Under the pieces are notes generated by a model, which had not been told where the DNA came from, did not search any database, and saw only the letters and a list, made by a program, of their open reading frames with translations. From an uncultured Candidatus Saccharibacteria bacterium (GTDB lineage: Bacteria > Patescibacteriota > Saccharimonadia > CAILAD01 > JADZBC01), in assembly GCA_964413715.1 (NCBI GenBank), contig CAYPSN010000003.1, positions 1 to 64,000 of the forward strand: a DNA stretch of 64,000 bases, given 5' to 3'. How positions within the stretch are numbered: the stretch's first letter is position 1; each line of letters opens with the position of its first letter. This document shows positions 31,799-40,536 of the stretch, in pieces. The position numbers and the translations under genes were made by a program.

Positions 31799-33007
31799 AT
31801 GCTAAGTAAACATGACAAAATTGAAGAAATCCTGAGTCGATCTGTTGATACGATTTATCCTTCGCGCGAGGCTTTAGCCGAGGCTTTAAAAGGCAACAAA
31901 AGGCTTAACGTGTATATGGGTATAGACCCTACAGCAGACTACATTCATTTAGGCCATAGCACCAACTATTTACTCCTCGAACGACTTCATGAACTTGGAC
32001 ACAACATTACCGTGTTGGTAGGCGACTTTACCGCCAAAATTGGCGACCCGAGTGATAAGTCAGCTGCTCGCGTACGGCTTAGTCAAGAAGATGTGGAAAA
32101 GAACCTCAAAAGCTACAAGGAGCAAATTGGGAAAATCTTAGATTTATCAAATCGAGATAATCCAATTCACTTTAAATTTAACTCGAGTTGGTTGGCGAAA
32201 CTCAGCTTCGAAGACAGTGTTGAACTAGCGTCGAACTTTACCGTCCAGCAAATGCTCGAGCGCGATGCCTTTGCCAAGCGAGTAACTGAGGAGAAGCCAC
32301 TCTATGTGCACGAGTTTTTCTACCCGCTCATGCAGGGTTATGATTCTGTAGCCCTAGAAGCTGATATCGAAATTGGCGGTACCGACCAAACATTTAATAT
32401 GTTGGCAGGCCGCACCCTCGTAAAGAGATACTTGAACAAAGAAAAGTTTGTTATTACCACCACGCTACTAGAAGACCCTCTGACTGGTGAGAAAATGATG
32501 AGCAAAAGTCAAGGCACAGGTGTATCAATCAAGGCAGAGCCTTTCGAGATGTTTGCCGGTGTTATGCGTTTGCCAGACAGTGGCATAGTTCAGGTTTATG
32601 TGGATTGTACGCGTTTGTCGATGCAGAATATCGAACAAATAAAACACGCGCTTGTGCAGGGTGAAAACCCTCGTGACACGAAGTTGCAGCTAGCCGAGGA
32701 AGTCGTTGCTATGTATCACGGCGAAGCTGCTGCCAAGCAGGCTCGGCTTGATTGGACCAATCAAGTCAGTAACAAAGAGCTTCCTCAAGACATCGAAGAG
32801 TTAAAACTTGATGATAAGGCTTATGACATCGTGACACTTATTAGTGAGGAGTTTGAGCTCAGTAAATCAGAAGCACGTCGATTGATCGACCAGAGTGGCG
32901 TTCGAATCAATGGCCAAGCTTGTGAACTAGGCGAATATAATCCGGTTGCGGGCGACATACTGCAAGTTGGCAAAAAACGTTTTAAACAAATAGTAGTCAA
33001 AAAATGA
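31799..33007 (+). CDS. tyrS: tyrosyl-tRNA synthetase
   Basis: HLGH (HIGH) and KMSKS motifs, C-terminal S4 domain. Confidence 0.9.
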   Translation: MLSKHDKIEEILSRSVDTIYPSREALAEALKGNKRLNVYMGIDPTADYIHLGHSTNYLLLERLHELGHNITVLVGDFTAKIGDPSDKSAARVRLSQEDVEKNLKSYKEQIGKILDLSNRDNPIHFKFNSSWLAKLSFEDSVELASNFTVQQMLERDAFAKRVTEEKPLYVHEFFYPLMQGYDSVALEADIEIGGTDQTFNMLAGRTLVKRYLNKEKFVITTTLLEDPLTGEKMMSKSQGTGVSIKAEPFEMFAGVMRLPDSGIVQVYVDCTRLSMQNIEQIKHALVQGENPRDTKLQLAEEVVAMYHGEAAAKQARLDWTNQVSNKELPQDIEELKLDDKAYDIVTLISEEFELSKSEARRLIDQSGVRINGQACELGEYNPVAGDILQVGKKRFKQIVVKK

Positions 33008-35049
33008 CAGCGCGTGGGGTAAGACTCGACACCCCGCTCAAGGAACTAAAGGGAGTGGGGGACGTGCTCGAACGTGGCCTGGCTCGTTTAGGGCTTGTGA
33101 CAGTCAAGGATCTGCTTTTGTATTACCCAAGACGCTGGGATGACTATAGTGTTGTTGAACGTATTGCCGATATCCACCCTGGGCTCGTTACGGTGTGTGG
33201 GCGTATTGAACACCTAGAATCCCGCCGATCGTTTCGAAATAAGCGCCTGAGTGTAACTGAGGCTATCATTGCCGATGATACTGGCACGATTCGGGCGGTA
33301 TGGTTTAATCAGCGATTCGTTAAAGCACAGCTTAAAATGGGCGAACGATATGTTTTTAAAGGCAAGTTTGAATTCCGCAATAACAATCTGAACTTACAAA
33401 GCCCGACTTTTGAGCGAGATAACGGGCGCATGGAACCAAGTATAGTGCCGATTTATTCGGAAAACAGCGCGGTAACGAGCAAGACGCTGCGTAAGCTCAT
33501 TGCGCAGGTTATTCGTTTGGCAGACGAGCTTGATGACGAGCTGCCTGAAACGGTGCGAGATGCAGAAAATCTAGTTTCGTATGCTGAAGCTATTCGCTCA
33601 CTTCATAAGCCAGTCTCCGACCAACAACTGCAGGCTGCAAAAGAGAGGCTGGCGTTCGAAGAACTGTTCATGTTGATCGCTTCAGCGCTCGCATTGAAGC
33701 ACGATATTAAGCTCGAAACGGCACCCGCTATCGAGTTCCATGCGGCAGATGCTGAAGCTTTCTTGGGTAGTTTACCCTTTGCTTTAACAGACGAACAGAA
33801 AAAGGCAGCCTGGGCTGTTTTGCAGGACATGACGCGCATTACCCCTATGAATCGTTTGCTGGAGGGTGATGTTGGTAGCGGCAAGACGGTCGTGGCGCTG
33901 ATGGCGGCTTTCATAGCGATCCGTCGGGGCTTTCAGGCGGTTCTTATGGTGCCTACGGAAATCCTGGCACGACAGCATTTTGCTACCTGCCAGCGAGTCT
34001 TTGCCGATTTGGATGTGCAGGTTGGTTTGCTAGTTGGTAGTCTCAAACCAAAAGAAAAACAACAGGTAAAATCAAGCATAGCCGAGGGTTCTGTCCAGCT
34101 AGTAATCGGGACACATGCTTTGCTGGAGCAAGATGTTACGTTTGCCTCACTTGGCTTGGCGATTATCGATGAACAACACCGATTTGGCGTGCAGCAGCGG
34201 CGGCTATTGAAGTCGCAAGGTGCTGCCATGCCGCATGTGCTAACTATGACCGCCACGCCGATTCCACGCAGTCTGGCGCTTGTAGTGTATGGCGAGCTTG
34301 ATGTCAGCATCATCGCTGAATTGCCGCCAGGACGTAAACAAGTATCGACCAAATTAATCATGGAAAACGAGCGTGCTCAAATGGAGCAGACAGTCGATGA
34401 GGCGATCTCGACTGGTACGCAAGCCTTCATCGTCTGCCCCTTGATTGAAGAATCAGATAGCTTGGGCGTAAAAAGCGTAAAGGCGGAATATGAGCGACTC
34501 GCTAATGGCGTGTTCGCTCACCGCACGATTGAGCTCTTGCACGGCAAGCTGACGGCCGACGAGAAGCAGCATATTATGGATAGATTTAAGGCTGGTGAAA
34601 TTGACATTCTGGTAGCCACCACCGTCATTGAAGTTGGTGTGGACGTGCCGAATGCCAACATCATGATTATCGAAAGTGCTGAGCGTTTTGGCTTGGCAGC
34701 CTTGCATCAACTGCGTGGACGAGTTGGACGAGGCGACAAACAGGCTTTCTGTTATCTGCTCTGTGATACCGATAATCCTATTACACTCAAGCGCCTGCGG
34801 GCTATGGAGCGAACCAGCGATGGATTTCGTCTGAGTCAAATTGACCTCGAGATGCGTGGTCCGGGCGAAATTTATGGCGCTCGGCAGCATGGCGTGCTTG
34901 ATTTGCGTATGGCGAATGTATTGGATACCAAGCTAATTGTACGCGCCCGAACCGCGGCCGAAGCTTTCTTGGCAACAGGCAACGTGGTAGAATATCCGAA
35001 GATGCTTAAGCGCCTTAATAAGCTTAAAGCAATAACTACTCTTGATTAA
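33004..35049 (+). CDS. recG: ATP-dependent DNA helicase RecG
   Basis: wedge/OB domain, DEAD-box helicase motifs (GDVGSGKT, DEQH), 681 aa. Confidence 0.9.
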   Translation: MTARGVRLDTPLKELKGVGDVLERGLARLGLVTVKDLLLYYPRRWDDYSVVERIADIHPGLVTVCGRIEHLESRRSFRNKRLSVTEAIIADDTGTIRAVWFNQRFVKAQLKMGERYVFKGKFEFRNNNLNLQSPTFERDNGRMEPSIVPIYSENSAVTSKTLRKLIAQVIRLADELDDELPETVRDAENLVSYAEAIRSLHKPVSDQQLQAAKERLAFEELFMLIASALALKHDIKLETAPAIEFHAADAEAFLGSLPFALTDEQKKAAWAVLQDMTRITPMNRLLEGDVGSGKTVVALMAAFIAIRRGFQAVLMVPTEILARQHFATCQRVFADLDVQVGLLVGSLKPKEKQQVKSSIAEGSVQLVIGTHALLEQDVTFASLGLAIIDEQHRFGVQQRRLLKSQGAAMPHVLTMTATPIPRSLALVVYGELDVSIIAELPPGRKQVSTKLIMENERAQMEQTVDEAISTGTQAFIVCPLIEESDSLGVKSVKAEYERLANGVFAHRTIELLHGKLTADEKQHIMDRFKAGEIDILVATTVIEVGVDVPNANIMIIESAERFGLAALHQLRGRVGRGDKQAFCYLLCDTDNPITLKRLRAMERTSDGFRLSQIDLEMRGPGEIYGARQHGVLDLRMANVLDTKLIVRARTAAEAFLATGNVVEYPKMLKRLNKLKAITTLD

Positions 35050-35057
35050 AGAACACT

Positions 35058-35822
35058 ATGAATTCAGGCTTTCTTACATTCGCCGCCAAAGGCAAAGCAT
35101 TCCGATCGGTTGGCACCCACCAACGCTTCGATCGTGAAGCTTTTCGTTTGATGTCACCGTTCGTGGATCATTCACTGTTTCCTAGGCGCAAAGATATTCT
35201 TATGTTTGAGGGAGTCGGCGGGCCGGACGGTTTGAAGTTTAAAGGAAGCTACGATACCAATCACATGTGGGATCCAGTAAACGAAATAGGTTTTTTGCCA
35301 ACTTGGATCGAAAGTCACTTGGGGAGCTTAACGCAGGCTTTACGCGAGAAGGACTTGGTAGAAGCAAGCTTTCATGCTGGCTGGATGGCACATTACTTAA
35401 CCGATAGTTTGACTCCAGCCCATCATTTAAGTCACGATCTTATTGCTGCGGAATACGAGGAAAAAAGCAAGGCTCGCAAGGGTTGGCTGTACTGGGGTCG
35501 CAAGGGACTTATGAGCTCACATGTTCATTTTGAAGCAGGTATTGCTACTTCAATGGTGCTTTCGCCGATTCGGGCAAATTTCGACTGGGCGCTGTATGAA
35601 CGAATCAAGAAGCACGGCCTGGCGCATTGTGTGCGCGAAGAATCGTACCGAATTGCTCAGCTTGGTCTGTATGACAAGTTTTTGAAGAAAGGGTGGAGCA
35701 ATAAGCTGGCTCGCGAGATTAAGTTGTCGGTTGTGCCACGTATTCCTCAGCTTATTGCGGCTGCCTGGCTTTTAGCCTACGAACAGGCTGATTATTCGCC
35801 AAAACTACCGAAAGACGACTAA
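35058..35822 (+). CDS. hypothetical protein, possibly zinc-dependent phospholipase C / S1-P1 nuclease-like
   Basis: His-rich segments (WMAHYLTDSLTPAHH) resembling Zn-PLC metal ligands; weak. Confidence 0.35.
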   Translation: MNSGFLTFAAKGKAFRSVGTHQRFDREAFRLMSPFVDHSLFPRRKDILMFEGVGGPDGLKFKGSYDTNHMWDPVNEIGFLPTWIESHLGSLTQALREKDLVEASFHAGWMAHYLTDSLTPAHHLSHDLIAAEYEEKSKARKGWLYWGRKGLMSSHVHFEAGIATSMVLSPIRANFDWALYERIKKHGLAHCVREESYRIAQLGLYDKFLKKGWSNKLAREIKLSVVPRIPQLIAAAWLLAYEQADYSPKLPKDD

Positions 35823-36355
35823 TGCTGCAAATCATTTCTGGCACATTTGCACGGAGGGTGTTACAGCAGCCACCTGCTGCCATAACACGCCCAGTGAGCG
35901 AGAAAGTGCGCGGCGCAATTTTTAATAGCCTAGCGGCTGATCTTGACGGTGCTCGAGTGCTGGATCTTTTTGCAGGTAGTGGTGCTTTGGGGTTAGAGGC
36001 ACTAAGCCGCGGTGCAGCTAAAGTTGATTTTGTAGAAAAAAACAACAAGGTAGTGAGCGTCTTAAAACAAAACATTGCAATACTTGGCGTTCGCGAGGTG
36101 GCTAAGGTGCATGTAGGTTCGGTGGAGCGGTTTTTTGAGCAAGCGAATGAAGCTTACGACGTTGTGTTCATGGACCCGCCCTACGCTGATTTTGAGCAAG
36201 GTATGGTAGAGCAGGCGGTAGGTTTGCTACAATACGGTGGCACTCTTATCGTGAGCACCTCTAGTAAGGCAAATCTCGTTGCGCCAAGCGGTACTGAATT
36301 GAATCGTCAAAAGACATATGGCGATACTATGATCACGGTACTTAAAAAGGTTTGA
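35822..36355 (+). CDS. rsmD: 16S rRNA (guanine966-N2)-methyltransferase RsmD
   Basis: LDLFAGSGALGLEALSRGA SAM motif, DPPY motif, 177 aa. Confidence 0.8.
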   Translation: MLQIISGTFARRVLQQPPAAITRPVSEKVRGAIFNSLAADLDGARVLDLFAGSGALGLEALSRGAAKVDFVEKNNKVVSVLKQNIAILGVREVAKVHVGSVERFFEQANEAYDVVFMDPPYADFEQGMVEQAVGLLQYGGTLIVSTSSKANLVAPSGTELNRQKTYGDTMITVLKKV

Positions 36356-36413
36356 GTTTTCGTTGACTAAGCAGCAAACTAGTCTGAAGTAGAGTTTAGG
36401 TTTAGATATATAT

Positions 36414-36500
36414 GCGGATGTGGTGGAATTGGTAGACACGCTAGCCTTAGGAGCTAGTGAGGTAACACTCGTGAAGGTTCGAGTCCTTTCATCCGCACCA
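36414..36500 (+). tRNA. tRNA-Leu (anticodon TAG), class II, encoded CCA
   Basis: gcggatgtggtggaattggtagacacg; anticodon loop CTTAGGA; long variable arm; T-arm ggttcgagtcc. Confidence 0.85.
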
Positions 36501-36503
36501 ACT

Positions 36504-36534
36504 AAAAGCCCCCAGTGTCACCTGGGGGCTTTTA
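36504..36534 (+). terminator. rho-independent terminator (agcccccag tgtcac ctgggggct + tttt)
   Basis: hairpin plus U-tract. Confidence 0.6.
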
Positions 36535-36572
36535 GTTGGATATGGTGTTTTAAAGAAAAGTGTCATATTTCA

Positions 36573-36601
36573 TTGACAATGTTAAGCATATGTGCTAATA
36601 T
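36573..36601 (+). promoter_or_regulatory. sigma70-like TTGACA-17-TAATAT immediately upstream of the high-GC 117-aa gene
   Basis: consensus -35, exact spacer, 5/6 match at -10. Confidence 0.45.
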
Positions 36602-36651
36602 CCATTACAGTGTTCTGGTAATCGGCCGGAACTAAACATTGGGGAGGCCCA

Positions 36652-37005
36652 ATGCTGCGAAGAGCAGAGCCCAGCCCAATCCCGCGCCGTGGCACGGTCG
36701 CCATGGACGGGAACCGGATCCGGCAGTTCGACCTCGGGTCGCTCGAGCCGGGAGACGTGCTCCACGTCAAGACCCTGCAGTCGGACTGGTACTTCACCAG
36801 GACGAAGCGCAGTGTCGTGACGCGGGATCAGGTCCGCGGGATCTTCGTCCAGACGTCCTCGCGGGCGTTCGGACAGATCACCCGCGACCCTGCCAACGTC
36901 TCGATCGATCGAGTGATCGAGAAGGGTGAGCAGATCCGCATCAACGGTGCCCGTCGTACGGGCGACGTCGAGCAGATCTTCCTCAACGGTCGCGAGCTCA
37001 CCTGA
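36652..37005 (+). CDS. hypothetical small protein (117 aa), high GC, unknown family
   Basis: GGGGAGG RBS then ATG; followed by a perfect hairpin. Confidence 0.6.
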   Translation: MLRRAEPSPIPRRGTVAMDGNRIRQFDLGSLEPGDVLHVKTLQSDWYFTRTKRSVVTRDQVRGIFVQTSSRAFGQITRDPANVSIDRVIEKGEQIRINGARRTGDVEQIFLNGRELT

Positions 37006-37027
37006 GCAACTTCGCTCACGCTCCAAG

Positions 37028-37056
37028 GCCAGGGTCCCCACGCTGGGGACCCTGGT
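37028..37056 (+). terminator. 12-bp perfect hairpin (ccagggtcccca cgc tggggaccctgg), no U-tract
   Basis: inverted repeat. Confidence 0.5.
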
Positions 37057-37159
37057 ACAGGGCCCAATCAAGGATCATCTCCGAAGAGGATGGTCCTCTT
37101 TCGTTATATGGGCTTATCACCCTGTCCAATCTAGTCACTTTCTGCTAAGATATGAAACT

Positions 37160-38443
37160 ATGATTAAACACGAAATTTCCTCCACCAAAAATTCACAAGT
37201 CGAACTCAAGGTCGAACTATCAGCTGATTACCTCGAAGAGGTTAAGAAAACAGTTGTGAGTCGCATGAAAGCCGGAGTAAAAGTAGCAGGCTTTCGTCCC
37301 GGCAAAGCGCCTGAAAGTATCGTAGAGCGTCACTTAGACCAAAACCAACTGCAGGCCGAAGTGCTTGAAGCCGCAGTGTCTCGTTCATATACCGACGTTG
37401 TTGTTGAAAACAAGCTAGAAACAATCGCCGCGCCTAAAGTCGAACTGAAAAAGTTCGTGCCATATAGCGAATTAGAATATACGGCAGTGGCTGCTGTAAT
37501 GCCAAAGATTGAATTTGACCTTACTAAGCTCAAAGTTAAACAAGAGCCTGTTAAGGTTGATGCAAAAGAAGTTGATGAAACTGTCGAGGGCTTGCGCAAA
37601 CAAATGTCGAGTGAGAAGCCAAGTAAAAAACCCGCCAAGTTGGGCGACAAGGTTAAAGTTGACTTTGAAGGCACACGAGAAGGTAAGCCTGTAGAGGGTG
37701 CTGCTGCACAAAATAGCGATATTATATTGGGCGAGGGGCGATTTATCCCTGGCTTTGAAGACAACATCGTTGGACTCAAAGAAGGTGACGAAAAAGAGTT
37801 TGAGGTAACTTTCCCCAAAGACTACCATGCTAAAGATTTGGCCGGTGCTAAAGTTGTATTTAAAGTAAACATTCGAGAAGTGAACGCAGTTGAATTGCCT
37901 GTTCTTGACGACGAGTTTGCGAAAGCAATCGGTGATTTTAAGACCCTAGCAGAACTACGTAAAGACATCGAAGCTAAGATAAAAGTACAAAAATCCGATC
38001 AAGCAACACAAGACTACGAGCAGCAAGTTATGGCTGAAGCGCTAAAGCAAGCTAAGTTTGAAGTTGCGCCTCTGCTTTTGGACGAGCAAAAGCATCGTTT
38101 GCAGCATGAAGTAGAAGACAATCTACGTCAGAGCGGGTTAGACGTAGAAAAATACCTGGCCGTCAGCGGTAAGGCAAAAGACGAGTTCGAAAAAGAGCTC
38201 GGCGAAGAAGCCGAAAAACGAGTTAAGACTGGTCTGCTGATTCGTTATATCGTTGACTCAAATAGCTTAGAAGTAAGCGATGCTGAAGTTGATCAGGAGC
38301 TTGCCAAGCTGCGTGAACAATACACTGACAAACATATGCAGGAAGAAATGACGCATGGTCACTTCCGCGATGATTTGGCTCAGCACTTACTCTCTACCAA
38401 AGCGCGACAGCTCTTGGTACAATATGCTCTAGGCAAGAAGTAA
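37160..38443 (+). CDS. tig: trigger factor
   Basis: 427 aa from the ATG at 37160 (MIKHEISSTKNSQVELKVEL); FKBP-type PPIase middle domain; the longer ORF from 36926 begins inside the high-GC insert and lacks an RBS. Confidence 0.85.
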   Translation: MIKHEISSTKNSQVELKVELSADYLEEVKKTVVSRMKAGVKVAGFRPGKAPESIVERHLDQNQLQAEVLEAAVSRSYTDVVVENKLETIAAPKVELKKFVPYSELEYTAVAAVMPKIEFDLTKLKVKQEPVKVDAKEVDETVEGLRKQMSSEKPSKKPAKLGDKVKVDFEGTREGKPVEGAAAQNSDIILGEGRFIPGFEDNIVGLKEGDEKEFEVTFPKDYHAKDLAGAKVVFKVNIREVNAVELPVLDDEFAKAIGDFKTLAELRKDIEAKIKVQKSDQATQDYEQQVMAEALKQAKFEVAPLLLDEQKHRLQHEVEDNLRQSGLDVEKYLAVSGKAKDEFEKELGEEAEKRVKTGLLIRYIVDSNSLEVSDAEVDQELAKLREQYTDKHMQEEMTHGHFRDDLAQHLLSTKARQLLVQYALGKK

Positions 38444-38465
38444 CTAATACAGCGCAGGAGGTGTT

Positions 38466-39065
38466 ATGGAGCGTAATCAAATACTGGTACCAACCGTAAT
38501 CGAAAAGACTGCACTTGGTGAGCGTGCATACGATATTTATTCTCGTTTGCTCAAGGAGCGGATTATCTTCTTGGGAACAGAGATCGACGAAAACGTCGCT
38601 AATCTAGTGATCGCTCAACTTTTGTTTTTGCAGAGCGACAATGCCAATGAAGACATTAAGCTGTACGTTAACTCTCCGGGTGGCAGTGTGTCGGCTGGCC
38701 TGGCCATTTATGACACTATGCAGCATATCAAGCCAGATGTGTCGACTATTGTTGTTGGCATGGCTGCGAGCATGGGGGCTTTCCTGGCGGCTTGCGGCGC
38801 GAAAGGCAAGCGCTTCGCCCTACCTAACTCGCGCGTTATGATTCACCAACCATCAGGTGGCTTTAGTGGCACGGCATCTGATATTGAAATTACTGCCAAA
38901 GAGATTATTAAACTACGACAAAAGCTCAACGAAATAATTGCAGAAAAGACAGGCCAGAAAGTTGAGAAGATTGCCGATGACAGCGATCGCGACTTTTGGA
39001 TGGATGCAGAAGAGGCTAAAGCATATGGAATCGTCGACGCTGTACTAACAAGCGGCGACAAGTAA
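38466..39065 (+). CDS. clpP: ATP-dependent Clp protease proteolytic subunit
   Basis: Ser-His-Asp catalytic context (GMAASMGAF...IHQP); the conserved tig-clpP order. Confidence 0.9.
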   Translation: MERNQILVPTVIEKTALGERAYDIYSRLLKERIIFLGTEIDENVANLVIAQLLFLQSDNANEDIKLYVNSPGGSVSAGLAIYDTMQHIKPDVSTIVVGMAASMGAFLAACGAKGKRFALPNSRVMIHQPSGGFSGTASDIEITAKEIIKLRQKLNEIIAEKTGQKVEKIADDSDRDFWMDAEEAKAYGIVDAVLTSGDK

Positions 39066-39078
39066 GCGCTTAAAACTC

Positions 39079-40326
39079 GTGGCTTACCGAGACTTACTGA
39101 AAAACTGGAACTTCGATAAGCTTTGGGGTGCCCAGCTATTTTCTCAGCTGGCAGCCAACATTTTAAATTTTGCACTGATCATTCGTGTCTATGAGCTAGC
39201 GGCAGGTACGCCCTATGCCAATATCGCCGTGAGTGTGTTTATTCTGTCGTTTGGGTTTCCTTCGATTTTCTTTGCTGTGTTTGCCGGGGCCTTTATTGAT
39301 CATTTGGATCGTAAAAAAGTATTGGTATTAACTAACGTTTTGCGAGCAGTTCTGGTTTTATTATTTTTCGTAGTTGAAAAGAATCTGCTTGCCGTCTATG
39401 GGCTGATATTTGTGATCTCGACGATTACGCAGTTTTTTGTACCCGCCGAAGGCGCAACCCTCCCAAACATCGTTGATAAGAAAAACCTTGTCTCGGCAAA
39501 TTCGCTTTTCCTCTTTACTATCTACGGATCGTTCATAGTAGGTTATTCATTGGCCGGGCCGATTATTGGCAGATGGGGGATTGAGTCGATTTATTGGGTA
39601 ACGAGCATTTGTTTTGTGGTGGCAGCACTTCTAAGTAGCTTATTACCCCAATTGCGTGCCATCGACAAGCGCGACGTTTCACTTCCGTCAATTGCGCTGA
39701 AGGTAAGTCGCAGCACCAGGCACAATTTAACCGAAATTTACCGCAACCGTCGGTTATTGTTCCCGATATTACAGCTAACGATTGCCCAGGCACTTACTAA
39801 TATCATTATCGTGCTTGCTCCAGCGCTCTCGCTGTTAGTCTTGGGTAGAAGCTTAAGCCAAGCCAGTCAAGTATTTATTTTGCCGGCGGGCGCTGGAATG
39901 GTGGTTGGTGCCATCTTAATTGGTAACTTTATGCGCAAAAGCAACAAAGTTCGATTAATTGAGTTCGGGCTGCTATTGGCCGCCACTAGCCTTTTTGTGT
40001 TAGGAATTATCAAACACATTCCTGTGAAGAATATCGCAGCTTTGGTAGCGATGCTCGCACTTTCGCTCGGTTTTGCTAATGCCTTAGTGAGTGTCTCTGC
40101 ACAAACGCTTCTGCAGCTTAACAGTACTGAGGAGACAAGAGGAAAGATATTCGGCGCTCTGAATATGATGGTAAATATCGCTGCAACCGTACCTGTCTTA
40201 TTGGCAGGGGTGACGGCTGATTTAGTATCTCCACTAACGGTTCTCATTCTAGTGGCAGGCTTTATCGTGGTGTATTTGTTGTTCCAGCGGCGCAGCCTCG
40301 CAAAATTAGCCGTCAAAAACTCTTGA
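39079..40326 (+). CDS. MFS transporter
   Basis: about 12 TM segments, 415 aa. Confidence 0.75.
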   Translation: MAYRDLLKNWNFDKLWGAQLFSQLAANILNFALIIRVYELAAGTPYANIAVSVFILSFGFPSIFFAVFAGAFIDHLDRKKVLVLTNVLRAVLVLLFFVVEKNLLAVYGLIFVISTITQFFVPAEGATLPNIVDKKNLVSANSLFLFTIYGSFIVGYSLAGPIIGRWGIESIYWVTSICFVVAALLSSLLPQLRAIDKRDVSLPSIALKVSRSTRHNLTEIYRNRRLLFPILQLTIAQALTNIIIVLAPALSLLVLGRSLSQASQVFILPAGAGMVVGAILIGNFMRKSNKVRLIEFGLLLAATSLFVLGIIKHIPVKNIAALVAMLALSLGFANALVSVSAQTLLQLNSTEETRGKIFGALNMMVNIAATVPVLLAGVTADLVSPLTVLILVAGFIVVYLLFQRRSLAKLAVKNS

Positions 40327-40536
40327 CAAAGCCTAATCTACTCCTATAGGATTAGATATAAGAGGATGCTTAAACGAAAATACCGGAATAGCCATATTGG
40401 GTTTGCCGGTTTTTTGTCGGTTTAGAAAAACCTTGTTTATCACGTTTTTATTCGAACAGTAAAAAAGTGTATGCGCGCCTGATCAGCGCAGTCGTTTGAC
40501 GCTACAAATATAAACCACCTAGGAGAACAGGACTTT

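Noticed and set aside
36926-37159. N-terminal extension of tig starting inside the high-GC insert
   Set aside because: Arg/Ser-rich with no RBS. The real tig start is the ATG at 37160, which matches trigger-factor N-termini. Similar over-extended starts were trimmed for lemA (3738), nusA (22086), fusA (49956), rpsQ (60770) and rplR (63454).
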